DNA of 64,000 nucleotides from the human T2T-CHM13v2.0 reference genome, Homo sapiens, in assembly GCF_009914755.1 (NCBI RefSeq), contig NC_060927.1. The stretch is one strand, 5' to 3'. The translations under genes and the position numbers were made by a program. Below, piece after piece: positions 50,501-64,000 of the stretch. Each line of letters starts with the position of its first letter. The first letter of the stretch is position 1. Under the pieces are notes generated by a model. The model saw only the letters and a program-made list of their open reading frames with translations. It was not told where the DNA came from and ran no database searches.

Positions 50501-53500
50501 CATTTTTCTGACAGTAGGTTTTTACTAATGGTTCAGTTTTGAAACTTGTTATTCATCTATTCAGGATTTCAGTTTCTTCATGGTTTACTCTTTGGAGGTT
50601 ATATATTTCCAGGAATTTCTTAATTTCTTCTAGGTTTTCTAGTTTGTGTCCACAGAGGTGTTTATAATAGTCTCTATGAGTTTTTTGTATTTTTATGGGG
50701 TGGGTGGTAATGTCCTGTTTGTCGTTTCTGATTGTATTTATTTGGATATTCTCCCGTTTTTATTTCTTAGTCTAGCTAGCAGTCGATCAATCTTATTCAT
50801 TTCTTCAAAACACCAACTTTTGGTTTCATTGATCTTTTGTGTGTTTTTTCATTTCCATTTTGTTTAGTTCAACTCTGACATGGGTTATTTCTTTTATTCT
50901 ACTAGCTTTGGAGTTGGTTTGCTCTTGTTTTTCAAGTTCCTCTAGGTGTGACGTTTATGACGTTAGGTTGTTATTTTGAGATCCTTCTAACTTTTTGATG
51001 TGGGCATTTAGAACTATAAACTTTCCTCTTAACATTGCTTTAGCTTATGTTAGTCCCAGAGATTCTGGTATGTTTTATCTTTGTTTTCATTACTTTCAAA
51101 TAATTTCTTGATTTCTGCCTTAATTTCAATGTTTACCCAAAAGTCATTCAGGAGCAGACTGTTTAACTTCCATTTAGTTGTATGGTTTTGAGAGATCTTC
51201 TTGGTATTGATTTCTATTTTTATTGTGTTGTGGTCTGATAATGTGGTTGGTATGATTTTGTTTCTTTTGGATTTGTTTAGAATTGCTTTATGGCCTAGAG
51301 TGTGGTCAATTTTAGAATATGTGCCATGTGCAGATGAAAAGAATGCTTGTTCTATTTTTGTTGGGTGAAGTGTTCCGTAGATATCTGTTAGGTCCATTTG
51401 GTCAAGTGTCAAGTTTGGGTCCTGAATATTTTTGTTAGTATTCTGCCTCAGTGATCTGTCCCATATTGTCAGTGGGGTGTTAAATTCTTCCACTGTTGCT
51501 GTGTGGTTATCCAATTTGAGTGCTCTAGTATTGGGTGCATATATATTTCAGAAAATTAATTCTTCTTGTTGAATTAAACCCGTTACCATTTTGTAATGCC
51601 CTTCTTTGTCCTTTTTGTTTTGGTCATTGCTGGTTTAAAGTTGGTTTTGTTTGAAATAAAAATAGCAACCCCTGATCTTTTCTGTTTTCTGTTTGCTTAA
51701 TAGATCTTTCTTCATCCCTTTACTTTGAGCCTATGGGTGCCCATACATGTGAGGTGGGTCTCTTGAAAATAGCATGCAGTTGTGTTGCTTCTTTATCCAC
51801 TTGCCACTCTGTGCCTTTTAAGTGGGGGCATTTAGCCCATTTATGTTCAAGGTTAATACTGATACATGTGGATTAGATCCTGTCATCATGATGTTAGCTA
51901 GTTGTTATGTAGACTTGATTGTGTAGTTGCTTTATAGTGTTGATGATCTATGTATTTCAGTATGTTTTTGTGGTGGTTGGTAAGGTTTTTCATTTCCATG
52001 TCTAGCATTCCCTTAAGGGCCTCTTGGAAGGCCCGGTGGTAACAAATTACTTAGCATTTGCTTCTCTGGAAAGGATTTTATTTCTCCTTTGCTTATGAAG
52101 CTTAGTTTGGCTGGATATGAAATTCTTGGTTGAAATTTCTTTTCTTTCAGGATGTTGAATATAGCCGACCAATCTATTCTGGCTTGTAGGGTTTCTGCTA
52201 AAATGTCCATTCTTAGACTGATGGTGTTCCCTTTGTGGGTGACCTGCCCCTTCTCTCTAGCTGCCTTTAGTTTATTTTTTTTTTCTTTCACATTCACCTA
52301 AGAGAATTTGATAACTACATGTCTTAGGGATGGTCATTTTATATTGTGTCTCTCAGAGGTTCTCTAAATTTTCTGAATTTGCGTGTCAAGCTATCTATCA
52401 ATGTTGGGGAAATTTTCATGGATGATATCCTCGAATATGTTGTCCTAGTTGCTTGTGCTCTCTTCTCTTTTAGGGATACCATGAGTAGTAGATTTAATCT
52501 CTTTACATAATCCCACATTTCTCTGAGGTTTTATTTATTTTTTAAAATTCTTTTTTATTTACTTTTATCTGACTGAGTTAATTTGAATAACTGGTCTTTG
52601 GGCTCTGAGATTCTTTCCTCAGTTTGGTCTATTCTGCTGTTAATACTTCCTCTTGTGTTATTACATTCTTGTAGTGAAGTTTCATCTCCATTAGCTCAGT
52701 TTTGTTCTTTCTTAAAATGGTGATTTTGTCTTTCGTCTCTTGAATCATTTTACTGGATGCCTTAGATTCTTTGGAATAGGTTTCAAGTTTCTCTTCAATC
52801 TTGATGGCCTTCATTACTATCCAGATTCTGAATTCTGTGTCTGTCATTTCAGCCATTTCCTTCTGGAATCATTGCTCGGGAGCTAGTGTGGTTGTTCAGA
52901 GGTAAGGAGGCGCTCTTTCAGAGTTTCCGGTGTTATTGCAATGGTTCTTTCTCATCTGTATGAGCTCATGTTTCTTTAGCTGTGGTATAATTTGGGTATA
53001 GTCAGTTTGCTTCATTTCTAGATGTTTTCAGAGGGCTGAGGCTTTGTGCAGGGTCTTTGTTTGTGGCTGAATTCTTCTCCTTGGTTTCATAGCGGGGTAT
53101 ATCAGCAAAATATTTTTGATTTTGCAGTTTGGGTTGCAATCCTATAGATGGTGCTTAAGTGTAATGGCCAGTAGGTAAGCTTTTGCTCAGCAACGTGGCT
53201 CCTTTGTATTTCCTGGTGTTTGCAGCTATGCTCCCTCTCAGTGCACTGAGAGTGTGGGTTTCTCTCCCACTTGAGTCCTGGCCTCGGATCTCAGCTTGAC
53301 ACTCCCATGCTCTACACTGCAGCCCTGGGGCAGGCTTAGGCTTTTTGTTTCATCCCCAACTTGGGGGCAACGGGGGTGAGGACCTTGGCAGTGGCCATGG
53401 CAGAAGGCCTTTCACTTGTCTCTTGGGGCTCCACCCCAGAGAACAGAGCTGCTGTCAATCAAAATAATCAACACAGGATGGGACAGCTGCATTGCTTACC

Positions 53501-54128
53501 CAAGAAAGGGGGCCTTGCCTGGTAATGAACAGGGGGAATGGGGCACTTGCAGAGAAGACAGCCTGGCCTCTTCTCCACAGGGCAGCAGCAGCATACGGGA
53601 GGTGCAAGTAAAACATTCAGGCTCTATTTCTTCCCCATCCTAGTGGCAGCAAGGGCAGGTATTGCTACAGTGGTAGTGGCAGGGAGACTGACAGTTGCCT
53701 CTGGAAATTCCACCCCAGAGAGACACAGAATCACTGTGAATACTGGGAAGGTTCAGCCAGGGATGGAGTGACTGTGCTATGGGCCCAAGCCAGGGCCCCT
53801 GCCTAGTGAAGAGCAGGAGATTGGGGGCTCACAGGGAAGATTCCTTGGGGATCCACATGGGCCTGAATGGTATCTCTGCCCAGAATCCAGGCATGTCTCC
53901 GTGTCAGTCTAGAGGCCCCAGTGGGAGGGTGTTAGGTGGGTGGGGGAACCTCCTGTGTCTAGGGTTTTGATAATCTGTGGCAGAAGTGGGCCATGAGGGC
54001 TCTCACTCACTTGCCATTTCCTATAATAGGGAGCCTCCCTTGGCTCCATACCAGTTCCTGGTGGGTGACTGTCCTGCCTCACTCATCTCTGCGCTCTGTG
54101 GGTTCCATTTCTTCCTTGATGAATCCCC
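47543..54128 (-). mobile_element. Near full-length old LINE-1 (L1PA15/16-like) with 10-bp TSD
   Basis: 3' UTR, ORF2 remnants (EEFNTPL...[12 protein letters not shown] at 51050-51514), ORF1 remnants (KAAREKGQVT...FQPRISYPAKLSF at 52013-52297) and a GC-richer 5' UTR. TSD TGTTGTTTTA at 47533-47542 and 54129-54138. Confidence 0.93.
49915..50248 (+). mobile_element. THE1 solo LTR inserted in L1 ORF2
   Basis: TGATATGGTTTGGCTGTGTCCCCACCC...GGACTAATACA with TSD GTTAT / GTTGT. It is shorter than the 10692 copy because of internal deletions. Confidence 0.93.
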
Positions 54129-54833
54129 TGTTGTTTTAACTCTTGCTGCCTCGTTAGTCCTCAGAAAGTTCAATCCTAGGAGGACCTACCTGGTGGCATG
54201 GATAAATGAGTCTGTGACTGGCAGCCCCTCACAAATTTGTGTGATACTGAAGGCGCTGTACACACAAACACCATTCTCACCCATCTGTAACAAATCTTTT
54301 GCTACCTTAGTCTGTTTCTGGTAATGAATTTTTTTGGCAATCCTAAGGGTTACACCATCTTTGCCTACTTTAAAAATACCACTTACATTTATGGTATTCT
54401 AAACCTGGAAAGTTATCTCTGGGACTATCCATGAAAAAGGCTTATTGGTTTTACTTGCTTATGGAATAAATAAATTAGCTACATTTAATAAAAAACTTTT
54501 TAGAGTACTCTCATTTTAAACAGGTATCTTATTGGTACCTATGAAAAGATACAAAGGAAACATAACCTTAGAAACTCCTTCTACGAGATTTTTTTTTAAA
54601 AGGCAGAAATCAGATGTAAAATGAAGTCCTTTGTATGCACAAACTGCCTGCTTTGGATCTTCTGTGGGATTTGCAAAAAAGGAGCTCAAGCCTGTAGACT
54701 AGTGGCTAGGATTCTATCCTTTCAGTGTCATGGCCAGGTTCAATTCCCAGTCAGGGAGCCAGTCCGTTGGAGGTACTGGATGTAAATCCTTTAAATTCAG
54801 GAGGAAAAATAAACATTTATAAAAATTAGGTTG

Positions 54834-56690
54834 GGGCTCTCACAGAGGCAGCTAGCATGAGGCTGAGGAGCACTGAGCCTCACATGGTGCCCTGCACTGC
54901 CAAGACAAGTGAACGATACAGTAAGGATGGCTAAAGGTGACCTCAGAAACCCGAAAGGCAAAATGTCTGCTAATGTCTTCTTTGTGAAGACATGCAGAGA
55001 AGAACATAAGAAGTTGAAACCAGATGGCCCTGTCAGTTTTTTAAGAATTTTCAAAAGTTATCTGAGAGGTGAAAGACAGTTTGGAAAAGAGAAGATAAAT
55101 TTGATAAAATCTCAAAGGTGGGTAAAGGATGCTGACTGGGAAATGAAAGATTATGATCCAGCTAAGGGACACAAGAAGAAAAAGGTCCGTAAGGCCTGCT
55201 AAAGCCCAGCATCTGAATTCTTCCTGTTCTGTTCAGAATTCTACCCCAAGATCAAATCCCCAAAACCTGGCGTCTCTGTTGCAGATGTGACCAAAAACTG
55301 CTGGGTGAGATGTGGGATGTTTAAGTGACAGTGAAAAGCAGTCTTGCATCACTAAGGCGGTGAAGCTGAAGGAGAAGTATGAGAAGGATGTTGCCGACTT
55401 TAAGTCTAAAGGAAAGTTTGGTGGCTCAAAAGACCCCACTCACCGTTACCTGGAAAAAGGTAGAAGAAGACAAAGAAGACAAGGAGGAAGAAGAGGAGAT
55501 GTTGGGGGAGGAAGATGAATAATAACTGTTGATCTGACTCTGTGTGAGTATCTTAGAGTAGGGGAGCACCAAATGGACGTATCTCTTATTTAAGAAATGT
55601 CTATTGCCCTCATTGGGTTTAATTACAAAATTTGATCATGATCATATTGTAGTCTCTCAAAGTGCTCTAGAAATTGTCAGTGGTTTACGTGAAGTAGCCA
55701 TGGGTGCCTGGAACACCCAGAAACAGTATCAAAGTTGTATATATCTCTAAACATTTTTAAAATGAAAAGGCATTCTTGTGTTCTCCTCACTCTTTGTACT
55801 GTGCTGTTGGTGTGACAAGGCATTTAAAGATGTTTCTGGAATTTCTTTTTTAATTTGCAAGGTGGTGTTAACTATATGGTTATTGACTAGAAATCCTACT
55901 TATTAACTGTATGCATCTACATTTTGTAAAAGGAACAAAACAACTGAGACAAACTCTGGATGACCCTTGCTTGGCGTTGAGGCTGTGGAGCATGATGCCT
56001 TTTCAAGGGACCACAGCTCAGGGCATGCATGATGAGGCTGGGCCTGTTTCCACTGCAATGAACATCCATTTAGCTTTAGGTTGTTTTGTTTTTATATATG
56101 ATGACATCACATTCTGCTGCCATTTTTAGCTGTAGAAAAAGGGAGATCAGCTGGCACGAGAAATCGTTGAATTTTTTTTTTTTTTTACATTAAGTGTGGT
56201 AGTTTTAAAACAAACTATAGACTCCTTCATTGTTAGCAAAGCAAACAGCCACTGTATCAGTGAAAGTTTAAGAACTGGCCAGGTGCAGTGGCTTATGCCT
56301 ATAATTCTAGCACATTGGGAAGCCAAGGCAAGTGGATTACTGGAGCTCAGGAGTTCGAGATCAACCTGTGCAACATGGCAAAACCCCATCTCTACAAAAA
56401 AATATGAACAATTAGCCAGGCATGGTGACGTGTGCCTGAAGTCTCAGCTATTGGAAGACTGAGGTGAGAGGATCGCTTAAGTTCTGGAGGTCAAGGCTGC
56501 AGTGAGCCGTGATCACATCACTGTACTCCAGCCTGGGCGACAGAACAAGACTCTGCCAAAAAAAAAAAAAAAAAAAGAGTAAAGAAAAGAAAGTTTGAGA
56601 ACCTTGTATACTTAAACATGTTTTACTTTTTGTATGTTTAGAATACTGAAATGTTTTTGAAGTTAAGTAAACAGTATCATATTTTTAAAA
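54834..56690 (+). pseudogene. Processed HMGB3 pseudogene (5' UTR, disrupted CDS 54927-55522, 3' UTR)
   Basis: MAKGDLRNPKGKMSANVFFVKTCREEHKK and [33 protein letters not shown] match HMGB3. It has an acidic-tail remnant ending GATGAATAA, is intronless and frameshifted, and has an HMGB3-type 3' UTR. Degenerate TSD AAAAATTAGGTTG / AAAAGTTAGCTTG. The locus number cannot be determined here. Confidence 0.93.
56277..56588 (+). mobile_element. AluJ inserted in the pseudogene 3' UTR
   Basis: J-type diagnostics (GGATCGCTT, GGTCAAGGCTGCAGTGAGCCGTGATC). TSD GAAAGTTTAAGAAC / GAAAGTTTGAGAAC. Confidence 0.92.
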
Positions 56691-57403
56691 GTTAGCTTGA
56701 ATTGTCTGTTTTAAATTTATATTTATGTGACTATTACTTTTTTTCGGGTACCCATTTATTGATCTATTTTGCTCCCCTGGATAGCTATTGTTTTTCTGTT
56801 GTCTAAGTTGCTTTTTTCTTTAACTTTCTTTGGGAGTTACTCTGGATCTTGTGAGGACTGCTTCTTGACATTTCTTTGGACACCCTTCGTACATCCTTGG
56901 TTAAGTCATAAAGATACTGGTTTTGTTTCTGAGTCACTAGGTAACTTTGGATGAAGAGAAAGGTGAAAAAAAAGTTCAAAGGCCATAAATATTGGCTGTT
57001 TGTCCTGGCTAAAGTTGGATAATGAGAGATTTAAAAGATTTAAAGGAAAACCCTCTGTGGTCAATAGTCAGCTTAATTAAAAGCTGATATTCAGGCCATA
57101 TTTTTTTTAAAGTTTCTCTGTTCTCTTTTGGATTCTATTTCTCTCTTGGGATTTTTTTCTTCAGTTGACTGAAACCTCATTTTAATTACAAGTTTGGTCC
57201 TTCTTTTCTTGTTGGCATGTTTTTTTTTCTGAGAAAAATGTAACATTTCATTGGCCTTTTTTAGAAGCTTAAAATCTCCACAAATTGGCTGCTCAAAGAC
57301 TTGTTCTTTCCTTTGCTTTTATTTCTCCTTCCTTCTGCCATCTTTGATGCCACATGAAGGGGTCTAGAGGGGACCTCTAATGACTCTGAGACCCCCTTGA
57401 GAA

Positions 57404-57406
57404 ACA

Positions 57407-57437
<31 letters not shown>

Positions 57438-57442
57438 GCGCG
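57404..57442. repeat. (CA)n(CG)10 microsatellite
   Basis: An AC run followed by ten perfect CG units at 57423-57442. Confidence 0.95.
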
Positions 57443-58557
57443 AAGTCACCACCTACCCCCTTACTTTGGAGTGCTCTGTATTTTTGTGAACCCCAAGAAT
57501 CACGGGCAGGTGGGCAGTTTCCTTTTAGGTCTCAAGCTCTGATCTCTTACATTGAGCTCCCTAATCTCTTTGGCTTTTGTATACATACATATATGCATGT
57601 GTGTGTTGAATGTTGTGTCTATATATATGAATATGTCTAAACAGGCTTTTTTATATTGTCTACATGGTACCAAATTGACTTATAATAAGTACTCATAAAT
57701 TCAATAAATAACCCTAAATTATTTTTTAAGTTCACGTGACTCTAGTAATCTTTGGTAAATAAAAATAATGTTTGTTTTAATGTATGTACTTAAAATTACC
57801 AGAAATATGGAAAACAATTTTGTGTGCAGTGTGTACAAGAAAAACAAGATGTATTTTTGGTGAGAAAAGTTATAAAAAGCCATGAAGACCTGTGGTTTTG
57901 TGGAGAAAAAAGGTGGCTTTGTGGAGAAAAATGTTAACTTTGTCTAGTTTAAAGGATATGTAAAGATTGTTTCAACATGAAGGGATAAAGTAAGAATGAT
58001 GTAGATAAAACCAATTGGATATAGAAAGTTGGAGGAAGAAAGATAATAAAAAGATGGAAAGAGGATATAAAAGGTTTGTGGAAATCTTACCTTATGTGAT
58101 CAAAGCTGAGTGATATTGGATGGATTTATTTATCAAGTTTTATTAAAATTGGCTTTAATATTAAAAGGATACTAATAAAATACTAAAATCTGGTTTTCTC
58201 TTTTAAATGAGATTTTCTGGTAGAATAAATAAAAGATAGTAAAACATTGTTGTTCCTCTTCTGAGTAAATTGCAGAGAGAGAGGGGAAGAGAAAAGAAAG
58301 AGAGACATAGATTCTGTGTGTCCCATGTTATTAATCATATAATCAAAAGAGCTTTAATAGGCCTTTTGATTATTTGAAAAGCTGTCTCATTGTCAAAGAG
58401 TAAAAGATTTTGCTTTTAATTTTTTTTTAATTATCATTTTGGCTAAACAAATGACTATTACCCTACAGTGACCTGTGATTCTATTTTTGAAGTGTTTTAA
58501 AACTTGGACTTATTTAACAGTTTCCCAAAATGAAATTTCAAATTCTAAATTAAGTAT

Positions 58558-60862
<2,305 letters not shown>

Positions 60863-62952
60863 GACCTCAAACTAATTTGGGGATGCTCCAAAGGTACCTT
60901 GAAGCATCTGAAAGTGAGATAACTAACATATTTATTTTATATGTTAAATTATATGGGAAGGATCCCCTAATAAAAAATTATGTTCAACCTTTTTAAGTTA
61001 TTAATATGTGTTCCAAAATTACATGTGATTCCCAAAAATCTGATATGTCTTGGTATATGCTATCAGTCATTATTATGATTATTATGTTGAATTGTTATGG
61101 TTCACAAAAAATGAATGACCAAATTTTCATGTCAGTTCTGTCTTTAACCATTGCCATTTTAAGTCTGGTTGTCCACAGTTATTTGCCTTCTTCTGATGCT
61201 TTTTTTTTTCCCCTGAAAACAGTTTGCAAATCCTAAAGTATGTCTTCAAAGAGGTTCATAAAAATGGTGAGAAAAAGCTTTGACAAATACACATTCTGGC
61301 AATTTTGTGATTGTATCATTGGACTGGGTAAAAATTTCCAGAACTCTAATGAAAAAAAAAACTGGACTCATAAAATTGTAATCCAACATCAAGCAGAACA
61401 AAAATTAATTAGAATTAATTACGTTGAGTTGAAATGATTTTTATGACTTTTTTGCTTAAAAATTTGTTGCTTCTTTTTATGTTTTGTCTTCCAAAGTTAT
61501 GGAAATTTCTTTTTCTATGAAGCTTTACAGCTATTTGGTAAAGTGTTCTTCTGTGAGAAAAATTAAAACATTTCTTTTTCTCTCTACCTGATCTCTCCAA
61601 AATTTGGAAACTGTTCATAGATATTTTTATTTTATGGCAATATAGTTGTCAGCATACTGTCAGCATACATTCAATAAGAATTCTTTTTAAGTAACAAGAC
61701 ACTATTGGAAATATTGTTATATTACCAAGGCTTTTACTGGGATGTCCTTTCTTCAGTATCATCAGACAACTTTAAGGAACTGGGATTTCAGATTGACTTT
61801 ACAGAGCCAGAACCCACTCTACCTTGGAAAGACTGGCCTGGTATCTTGTTAACACAGCTCCCTTACAGGGTTCTAGCCTTGTGGTAAGTAAAAAATATCA
61901 GTTTCTGGTGGGCCTAGGAACCTCAAGATATTTTTAAGACCTCAAGAAAAGAGGAATTCACTTGGGCACAGTCTGATGATGAATCCTTGGCTTGGCCCCA
62001 AAGCTTTGAGAGGCTTTTCAGAAAAGTCTAATCTGAGGTTCCTTATGAAAAAGTTTTAGCGAAGCCAACTTAAAAAGAGCCTATGTGGTCAATTGTCATT
62101 CTTACCAAATTTATGTAATCATTAGGTCAAAGACTAAACTTATTTTACAAGCTAGTCTTACTATGATTTATCTTTTGTAGAAAGGTGGGACTGGAGGGAG
62201 AAAAATTATATTTAAGAAAAAAGAAACTATAGTGTACTTGTTATTAGATTACAGCCCTGTCCATTTTTTAGTTTTTTTAAAATTCTGGACTGAATTTTAA
62301 AGTTGTAGTTCCCTCCAATATCTGGCTGCAACTGTCTTGACTAATGTTTTAAATTTTTCTCCCACCTTTTTGACTTGAAATTACTAAAATTAAAACTGCC
62401 TTTTTCCTAAAGCCCTGAAAGATGAAGCTAGTCAACTTGCCTTTAAAGAAAAATTACTGCAATAGTTTATATTTGGACAAACTTTACACATATACTACAA
62501 CCCAGGAAAATCTATCAGATTGCCACTGGTCTTCTCAGATGACTGCCCTCTGCTCTAGATGAACCTACTTTATAGACTGCTCCAGACATTAATGTGTTTT
62601 TTTTTCCGATTTCATAAACATGTCTCTTATTAAAGATCTGTTTGCCTGAATATAGAGGCCTAACTTTAAGATCCCATTTGCAACTCGGTTTTCTAAAATG
62701 AGACACAACTGTGTAATTGGACTGGCCTATTCCCAGAATGAGATTACTTTAATAGGATCCTTTGTCAATTAGCTACTAACTCAGTTTTTCTTTTCACATC
62801 CACCAACTCAGTTTTCAGTAGGCAAAATTTCTAGGGAAGTTTCAGGTGGGAATTTTGGGGCTCAGAAACCAATATGCCCTTTGACGTGCTGAACTAAAGA
62901 AGTGGCCTCAAGGTCACTCTGAGCTTCCTCCCCTGACCTTCAGATATGGGAA

Positions 62953-63580
62953 TGTTGTGACTCAGAAACCAATAACTCCCAGTACACACTTTGACATACT
63001 GGACTAAAGGAGCAGCATCAAAGTCATTCTGACCTTCCTACCCCTACCCAACACCTGTCTCTCAAGGGTCTCTCTCTCCCAAAGCACAGGCTGAAGGTTT
63101 TTTCTTTTTCCTTTTTTTTTTTTCTGAAGTTCCTATATCTGCCTAGAAACTGGACCTGACAAAGGACACAATTGCATTATCTGGGTTTTCATTAACTTAA
63201 CTCAAATTGCAGAAAGAGAGACAAAAATCTGTCAACATATCTAGACAGACTTTTGTCACAAACAATTGTTTGCTTTGTAGACCCAATAGACTTAGTAACA
63301 GGCTGTTGTGTGTTGTCTAAGCCCATTGAATCCCCCTAAAAATCATTTACTATCCCTCAAATTGCTACATTTTCCTCATCTCCCTTGCCCTAATGAAGAA
63401 GATTATATAAATATCTGTATCCAATTGGGTTATCGAATAATTATTCTCCTACAATTTCCCATACTATGCACGTTAAAATAAATTTTGATATGTCTTTTCG
63501 CTTGGTAATCTGCCTTTTATCAGTATATTTTTCAGTGAACTTTCAGAGAGTGAAGGATAAGTTTTCCCTTTGCCCCTGCA
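62953..63580 (+). mobile_element. 3' LTR (MER39/MER34-like)
   Basis: Starts TGTTGTGACTCAGAAACC after GGGAA and ends GTTTTCCCTTTGCCCCTGCA. TATATAAA near 63405. Homologous to 46520-46960. Confidence 0.85.
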
Positions 63581-63689
63581 CTGTTCTTGGAGACAGAAAT
63601 ACTGAATTCCATGATAAAATAGATTTTGTGGCCATGTGACCAGGCCCCAGTATCAAGGTTTTCTCAGTTTCCCCCTGGGACACCTGGGA

Positions 63690-63858
63690 TTGTGTTTCTC
63701 AACCATACATCAGAATCACCTGTGTTGATTATTAAAATGTGAATTCCTAGGCCCCAGCTCACACATCGTAAAGTCCTGGAGAGCAGGTCCCAGAATGCTG
63801 CATTTTAAATAAGCTTTCATGGTGATTCTCATGCACACTATAGCTTGAAAATTGTTGG
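63690..63858. mobile_element. MER5-family DNA transposon
   Basis: TTTCTCAA...CATCAGAATCACCTG...CTGCATTTTAAATAAGC...GGTGATTCTCATGCACAC. Confidence 0.75.
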
Positions 63859-64000
63859 CCCTGTGGCTACTGGCAAGTATAAAACATACTTTGTGGGTGA
63901 CCCAGGAAACTTCCTGAGAACACCTGGGGAAGAATTTGTGTTGAATACTTTTAGGAAGTTGGGTTCACAGTGCCATAAAGAGGAAGGCAGATCCTCTGAA

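Overview
This is primate, human-like genomic DNA: AT-rich, CpG-depleted and dominated by repeats. I cannot support any intact protein-coding gene, RNA gene or CRISPR array, and I found no evidence of a new biological system. Most ORFs in the track are read-throughs of repeats. Main contents: (1) a minus-strand HERV-H element (1-4177) whose 5' end lies almost exactly at the LTR7 cap site and lacks U3, suggesting an L1-made retrocopy of HERV-H RNA inserted into a MER20; (2) a near full-length L1PB-like LINE (about 12.05-17.6 kb); (3) a 5'-inverted (twin-primed) L1 at 28.3-29.3 kb; (4) a roughly 17-kb nested structure (about 46.5-63.6 kb) in which a non-coding MER4-group ERV1 provirus hosts an old long L1 carrying a THE1 LTR, a processed HMGB3 pseudogene carrying an AluJ, and a truncated L1PA8-like element; (5) scattered Alus, MaLR LTRs, MIR, L2 and MER5 fragments and microsatellites. 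Subfamily names come from recalled consensus sequences and need RepeatMasker/Dfam confirmation. Boundaries of old repeats are approximate.
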